The position numbers were made by a program, and so were the translations under genes. DNA of 32,700 nucleotides from Hydrurus foetidus (taxonomy: Eukaryota). A model generated the notes under the pieces. The model ran no database searches, was not told where the DNA came from, and was given only the letters and a program-made list of their open reading frames with translations. Below are positions 26,133-32,700 of this stretch, one piece after another. How positions within the stretch are numbered: position 1 is the first letter of the stretch; each line of letters starts with the position of its first letter. The stretch spans positions 1 to 32,700 of the forward strand of contig UYFQ01000426.1 in the NCBI GenBank assembly GCA_900617105.1, read 5' to 3'.

Positions 26133-26317
26133 TGTTGTCATGAGATGTTCCGATGACTCTTTTGTGTGGCTATCTGTAAACTCTAATCAGAACTTAATAC
26201 GTTGTACTTCACAGTATCGTCTACTCGATAGCTCCCTGATTTGAGAAGCTAGACTGCAGCTTCGTCTCCACCTTCGCTGCGAACGCTAGAAGGAGACAAC
26301 TATTCGATAGTCTAACA
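26133..26317. mobile_element. Possible further LTR-like segment
   Basis: TGTT...AACA ends, ~185 bp, loose similarity to the other LTR cores (GTATCGTC, GAGAAGCTAG, AGCTTC). No PPT or TSD found. Confidence 0.3.
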
Positions 26318-29300
26318 AACACACTGACAAAACAGGATTTGCAGCGGTCCATGTTCCCAGTCGTCATTTATACTAACGCCCTGGTACTAACGCCATGACT
26401 CACACCATGTATGAGACGAAGAATCTCAACTAAGTTTAAGCAGATTCCTGGGGAATCGGACCGCTGACTCTCGAGTTTTGTCAGTGTGTGGATGGAGTAT
26501 AAATAGCTGGTATCATGACCACTAAACCATCTAGCGCTAGATGATTTAGTGGTCATGATACCAGCTATTTATACTCCATCCACACACTGACAAAACAGGA
26601 TTTGCAGCGGTCCATGTTCCCAGTGGTCATTTATACTAACGCCCTGGTACTAACGCCATGACTCACACCATGTGTGAGACGAAGAATCTCAACTAAGTTT
26701 AAGCAGATTCCTGGGGAATCGGACCGCTGACTCTCGAGTTTTGTCAGTGTGTGGATGGAGTATAAATAGCTGGTATCATGACCACTAAACCATCTAGCGC
26801 TAGATGGTTTAGTGATACCAGCTATTATTCCACCATGTGTCAGACGGATGTCTCCAGTAAGTTTTATACTAACGCCCTGGTACTAACGCCATGACTCACA
26901 CCATGTGTGAGACGAAGAATCTCAACTAAGTTTAAGCAGATTCCTGGGGAATCGGACCGCTGACTCTCGAGTTTTGTCAGTGTGTGGATGGAGTATAAAT
27001 AGCTGGTATCATGACCACTAAACCATCTAGCGCTAGATGGTTTAGTGGTCATGATACCAGCTATTTATACTCCATCCACACACTGACAAAACTCGAGAGT
27101 CAGCGGTCCATTCCCCAGGGTCTTTATTAATTCTTCGTACTACACGCCATGATCACACGTTAGACAGGGCTAATGTATAAAGACCTGGGGACATGGACCG
27201 CTGACTCTCGAGTTTTGTCAGTGTGTGGATGGAGTATAAATAGCTGGTATCATGACCACTAAACCATCTAGCGCTAGATGGTTTAGTGGTCATGATACCA
27301 GCTATTTATACTCCATCCACACACTGACAAAACTCGAGTCAGCGGTCCATGTTCAGTGGTCATTTATATTTGCCCTGGTACTAACGCCATGATTAATATG
27401 AGACGAAGAATTAACCAGTTTAAGCAGCCCAACAGGACTCTCGAGTTTTGTCAGTGTGTGGATGGAGTATAAATAGCTGGTATCATGACCACTAAACCAT
27501 CTAGCGCTAGATGGTTTAGTGGTCATGATACCAGCTATTTATACTCCATCCACACACTGACAAAACTCGAGAGTCAGCGGTCCGATTCCCCAGGAATCTG
27601 CTTAAACTTAGTTGAGATTCTTCGTCTCACACATGGTGTGAGTCATGGCGTTAGTACCAGGGCGTTAGTATAAATGACGACTGGGGACATGGACCGCTGC
27701 AAATCCTGTTTTGTCAGTGTGTGGATGGAGTATAAATAGCTGGTATCATGACCACTAAACCATCTAGCGCTAGATGGTTTAGTGGTCATGATACCAGCTA
27801 TTTATACTCCATCCACACACTGACAAAACTCGAGAGTCAGCGGTCCGATTCCCCAGGAATCTGCTTAAACTTAGTTGAGATTCTTCGTCTCACACATGGT
27901 GTGAGTCATGGCGTTAGTACCAGGGCGTTAGTATAAATGACGACTGGGAACATGGACCGCTGCAAATCCTGTTTTGTCAGTGTGTGGATGGAGTATAAAT
28001 AGCTGGTATCATAACCACTAAACCATCTAGCGCTAGATGGTTTAGTGGTCATGATACCAGCTATTTATACTCCATCCACACACTGACAAAACTCGAGAGT
28101 CAGCGGTCCGATTCCCCAGGAATCTGCTTAAACTTAGTTGAGATTCTTCGTCTCACACATGGTGTGAGTCATGGCGTTAGTACCAGGGCGTTAGTATAAA
28201 TGACCACTGGGAACATGGACCGCTGCAAATCCTGTTTTGTCAGTGTGTGGATGGAGTATAAATAGCTGGTATCATGACCACTAAACCATCTAGCGCTAGA
28301 TGGTTTAGTGGTCATGATACCAGCTATTTATACTCCATCCACACACTGACAAAACTCGAGAGTCAGCGGTCCGATTCCCCAGGAATCTGCTTAAACTTAG
28401 TTGAGATTCTTCGTCTCACACATGGTGTGAGTCATGGCGTTAGTACCAGGGCGTTAGTATAAATGACGACTGGGGACATGGACCGCTGACTCTCGAGTTT
28501 TGTCAGTGTGTGGATGGAGTATAAATAGCTGGTATCATGACCACTAAACCATCTAGCGCTAGATGGTTTAGTGGTCATGATACCAGCTATTTATACTCCA
28601 TCCACACACTGACAAAACTCGAGAGTCAGCGGTCCGATTCCCCAGGAATCTGCTTAAACTTAGTTGAGATTCTTCGTCTCACACATGGTGTGAGTCATGG
28701 CGTTAGTACCAGGGCGTTAGTATAAATGACCACTGGGGACATGGACCGCTGACTCTCGAGTTTTGTCAGTGTGTGGATGGAGTATAAATAGCTGGTATCA
28801 TAACCACTAAACCATCTAGCGCTAGATGGTTTAGTGGTCATGATACCAGCTATTTATACTCCATCCACACACTGACAAAACTCGAGAGTCAGCGGTCCAT
28901 GTCCCCAGTCGTCATTTATACTAACGCCCTGGTACTAACGCCATGACTCACACCATGTGTGAGACGAAGAATCTCAACTAAGTTTAAGCAGATTCCTGGG
29001 GAATCGGACCGCTGACTCTCGAGTTTTGTCAGTGTGTGGATGGAGTATAAATAGCTGGTATCATGACCACTAAACCATCTAGCGCTAGATGATTTAGTGG
29101 TTATGATACCAGCTATTTATACTCCATCCACACACTGACAAAACTCGAGAGTCAGCGGTCCATGTCCCCAGTCGTCATTTATACTAACGCCCTGGTACTA
29201 ACGCCATGACTCACACCATGTGTGAGACGAAGAATCTCAACTAAGTTTAAGCAGATTCCTGGGGAATCGGACCGCTGACTCTCGAGTTTTGTCAGTGTGT

Positions 29301-30670
29301 GGATGGAGTATAAATAGCTGGTATCATGACCACTAAACCATCTAGCGCTAGATGGTTTAGTGGTCATGATACCAGCTATTTATACTCCATCCACACACTG
29401 ACAAAACTCGAGAGTCAGCGGTCCGATTCCCCAGGAATCTGCTGCATAAACTTAGTTGAGATTCTTCGACTACAGGGTTGAGTCATGGCGTTAGTACCAG
29501 GGCGTTAGTATAAATGACCACTGGGGACATGGACCGCTGACTCTCGAGTTTTGTCAGTGTGTGGATGGAGTATAAATAGCTGGTATCATGACCACTAAAC
29601 CATCTAGCGCTAGATGGTTTAGTGGTCATGATACCAGCTATTTATACTCCATCCACACACTGACAAAACTCGAGAGTCAGCGGTCCGATTCCCCAGGAAT
29701 CTGCTTAAACTTAGTTGAGATTCTTCGTCTCACACATGGTGTGAGTCATGGCGTTAGTACCAGGGCGTTAGTATAAATGACCACTGGGGACATGGACCGC
29801 TGACTCTCGAGTTTTGTCAGTGTGTGGATGGAGTATAAATAGCTGGTATCATAACCACTAAACCATCTAGCGCTAGATGGTTTAATGGTCATGATACCAG
29901 CTATTTATACTCCATCCACACACTGACAAAACAGGATTTGCAGCGGTCCATGTCCCCAGTGGTCATTTATACTAACGCCCTGGTACTAACGCCATGACTC
30001 ACACCATGTATGAGACGAAGAATCTCAACTAAGTTTAAGCAGATTCCTGGGGAATCGGACCGCTGACTCTCGAGTTTTGTCAGTGTGTGGATGGAGTATA
30101 AATAGCTGGTATCATGACCACTAAACCATCTAGCGCTAGATGGTTTAGTGGTCATGATACCAGCTATTTATACTCCATCCACACACTGACAAAACAGGAT
30201 TTGCAGCGGTTCATGTCCCCAGTGGTCATTTATACTAACGCCCTGGTACTAACGCCATGACTCACACCATGTATGTGACGAAGAATCTCAACTAAGTTTA
30301 AGCAGATTCCTGGGGAATCGGACCGCTGACTCTCGAGTTTTGTCAGTGTGTGGATGGAGTATAAATAGCTGGTATCATAACCACTAAACCATCTAGCGCT
30401 AGATGATTTAGTGGTTATGATACCAGCTATTTATACTCCATCCACACACTGACAAAACTCGAGAGTCAGCGGTCCGATTCCCCAGGAATCTGCTTAAACT
30501 TAGTTGAGATTCTTCGTCTCACACCATGTGTGAGACGAAGAATCTCAACTAAGTTTAAGAAGATTCCTTGGGAATGGACCGCTGACTCTCGAGTTTTGTC
30601 AGTGTGTGGATGGAGTATAAATAGCTGGTATCATGACCACTAAATCATCTAGCGCTAGATGGTTTAGTGG
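26318..30670. repeat. Array of 263-bp units: 17 long palindromes separated by a constant 107-bp spacer in mixed orientation
   Basis: Palindrome centres CATCTAGC|GCTAGATG at 26535, 26798, 27031, 27272, 27505, 27768, 28031, 28294, 28557, 28820, 29083, 29346, 29608, 29871, 30134, 30397 and 30653. Arms are 60-78 bp; an example spacer is 27584-27690. Confidence 0.95.
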
Positions 30671-30872
30671 TGTAGTCCGGATAGGAACAGGTCATCGAAG
30701 AAAGGTGTTAGTTAGTTACGCTACGAGCTAGAAGCTAGATAACTTCTACGAGTAGGCTAAAGCTAGCTAGCAGCTGTGCTAGAGATGTATGTGTACAGTA
30801 GGCGGTAGGATCGGATGGATCGGGACAAGGTCCGGTACGGCCCGTAGGCCCGGTATAGCCGGTCCGACCACA
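30671..30872 (-). mobile_element. 3' LTR (202 bp) of chromovirus 2; PPT at 30873-30893
   Basis: Minus strand AAAAAAGATAAGTGGGGTGA|TGTGGTCGG...GGACTACA. Shares the GTAGAAGTTA..CTAGCTTCTAGCT..GTAACTAACTA core with the LTR at 72. Confidence 0.85.
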
Positions 30873-31215
30873 TCACCCCACTTATCTTTTTTCTGAAGAA
30901 AAAGAACCTATGACGCGACCACCACGTTTTTACAAAAATCTAATAAGGCTAAAACTAACTAAAGGAATAATAAAGAAAAAGATTACAAATATGTAAATCT
31001 AATAATACATTGAAATGTATAAAATAAAAATCTATACAAATAGACTTGGTGGTGGGTCGGTCGAGGCGATAAGGTGGGTGCCTAGTACCATGTACTTGCG
31101 CACGAGACCTCGATACGTAATTATGTCAGATTTTTACTGACTAAAACCATAAAAACCTCATAGAGGGAAAAATTAGGAAAAATCTTCAAAAGATAATACG
31201 TTCGAGATCAGCAAC

Positions 31216-32700
31216 TTAGGCTGATGTCTCAATGTTTTTGGGAATGAAATGTTTCATTTTATTATCCCGTAAATAATCATGGAGTGCTTCACAGAGCCGT
31301 AGTGATTTCCACGGCTCCCATGTATTATGAGAGTCATCGTAGTTGAGCCATTTAACATGGAACGACATTGTAGTCGGTTTCTTGGTGTCACCAGCGTGAC
31401 CCAGAACTTTCTCAACCACGAACTCCATGTAATCGCGACGAGCAGTGTCAGCAGGTATATCTACCTCTGGGTCATAATTGAATATTTTCAAATTCTTGAC
31501 GTGAACACTTCGTGTCTTGTGGTTTACAAGATTAGCAATAACATACTCGGACCCCTTAAAGGAGACAATACAGTAAGGGCCATGCCACTTAGTATGTAAT
31601 CGAGTTGGAGGTCGATCAGTGTATCGGCATAAGACATATGACCCCACGGGGAACACAGTCGCTGATTCAGCTGACGCGGCATTTTTAGCATCCGCTTTTA
31701 ACAAAGTTTGAACCGCAGTTTCAAGTACTTTGTCTTGTACACTTATCAAATCTGATATGTACGTTGATCTTGAATGTGTTCCGACACTTAAGTGTGGAGT
31801 GAGAATACCACGATTCAAATCAAGTTTGTTCCCGAACAATAAATGAGCGGGACAGACACCTGTGCGTCTATTAACTGAACTGTTAATGATACGTTGCACG
31901 AAAGGGATTGACTTAGCATATCCCTCAAGGGTTTGTTTATCAAAAACTAAACCTCTTAAGTGTCTATTCACCTCTTTGTTGACTCTTTCAACAATTGCAT
32001 TCTCTTGTTTCGAGTAAGCAAGGGTGAGATTATGTGGTGTTCCACAAAGATCTAAGAATTCTTTGATCAATTCATTTGCGAAATGTGATCCTCGATCAGA
32101 TCTAATCATATTTGGTGATCCAAATCGACCAAAATGCGCAAGCAAACAGTCAGCTGCTGATTTAGCATCTGCGTCTGCACACCAGAACAATTCTGTCCAT
32201 CGTGTGAATGTATCGATAATGACAAGGATATAACCTTTGTCTGGGAATGGACCGATATAGTCAACATTTAGCGTATCGAAGATAGCATAATTTGAAGTTG
32301 CAAAATGAGACGCATTGATCTTAGGATCTTTTGCACTCAACTTTTGACAACACGGACAGTTCTGTATGAACGTACGTACATGTTGTGTCATGTGTTTCCA
32401 AACTTGTTGTAAACTAAACAACCGAGTAAGGGTACGGTCTACGCCGTTGTGACCGACAATTGCATTGTGACACATTTGAATGTATTCTAACTGATCGTCT
32501 GAAGCTGGTTCTATGACTGTCAGAGCTGATACAGTGAAAGACGATGATGAAGTAGGAAGTAATTCCAATTCTTCTGTTCGTAATGGCAGAGCAATTTCTG
32601 TCAGATTAGGACAAAGCCTTGACAGTGCGTCTGCCAAAACATTCGAAGTACCGGGTACGAATACCACGGTAAAATCTAGTAATGAACCATCTCGCCACCA
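31216..32700 (-). CDS. pol: Chromovirus 2 pol C-terminal part (end of RNase H, integrase, chromodomain); runs off the window; apparent small deletion/frameshift near 32678
   Basis: LADALSR; CHNAIVGH..CPCC; DYIGP, SDRGSH, NAIVERVN; WHGPY; EFVVEKVLGH..FHVKW..NTWEPW. VARWFI and LDFTVV lie in different frames. Confidence 0.92.
   Translation of the reverse strand, partial: WWRDGSLLDFTVVFVPGTSNVLADALSRLCPNLTEIALPLRTEELELLPTSSSSFTVSALTVIEPASDDQLEYIQMCHNAIVGHNGVDRTLTRLFSLQQVWKHMTQHVRTFIQNCPCCQKLSAKDPKINASHFATSNYAIFDTLNVDYIGPFPDKGYILVIIDTFTRWTELFWCADADAKSAADCLLAHFGRFGSPNMIRSDRGSHFANELIKEFLDLCGTPHNLTLAYSKQENAIVERVNKEVNRHLRGLVFDKQTLEGYAKSIPFVQRIINSSVNRRTGVCPAHLLFGNKLDLNRGILTPHLSVGTHSRSTYISDLISVQDKVLETAVQTLLKADAKNAASAESATVFPVGSYVLCRYTDRPPTRLHTKWHGPYCIVSFKGSEYVIANLVNHKTRSVHVKNLKIFNYDPEVDIPADTARRDYMEFVVEKVLGHAGDTKKPTTMSFHVKWLNYDDSHNTWEPWKSLRLCEALHDYLRDNKMKHFIPKNIETSA

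Noticed and set aside
26368..30155. Repeated 62-aa ORF MTTKPSSARW...
   Set aside because: It starts inside the palindrome arm, follows spacer orientation and has no recognisable motif. Most likely incidental, though expression is untested.
26318..30670. CRISPR array or integron-like cassette array
   Set aside because: The spacers are all the same sequence, the repeats are 120-156 bp, no cas or integron integrase gene is present, and the context is eukaryotic.
22969..32233. Short plus-strand ORFs overlapping the two pol genes
   Set aside because: Antisense shadows of the retrotransposon coding frames.

Overview
Eukaryotic, repeat-rich genomic DNA with spliceosomal introns and chromodomain Ty3/Gypsy elements. 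A stramenopile/algal-type protist is inferred from protein style only. From left to right: (1) the PPT and 3' LTR of a Gypsy element lying upstream of the window. (2) Two near-identical tandem copies of a ~3.5 kb unit carrying a Cys/His-finger + 2OG-Fe(II) dioxygenase-like gene and a frameshifted, truncated DUF6729-like transposon gene; copy 1 is bounded by imperfect inverted repeats. (3) A giant secreted Pro/Thr/Ala mucin-like gene with one intron and ~150 copies of a 63-bp repeat. (4) A TA-flanked MITE, a decayed pentanucleotide repeat and a decayed decapeptide-repeat gene. (5) A nest of ~200-bp LTRs and a defective chromoviral pol. (6) A 4.35 kb array of 263-bp units in which 120-156-bp palindromes alternate with a constant 107-bp spacer found in BOTH orientations. 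(7) A second chromovirus whose 3' LTR cuts into the last palindrome. The most unusual items are the flip-flop palindrome array and the dioxygenase-carrying putative DNA transposon. Homopolymer and repeat indels suggest long-read consensus errors, so some details may be assembly artefacts.
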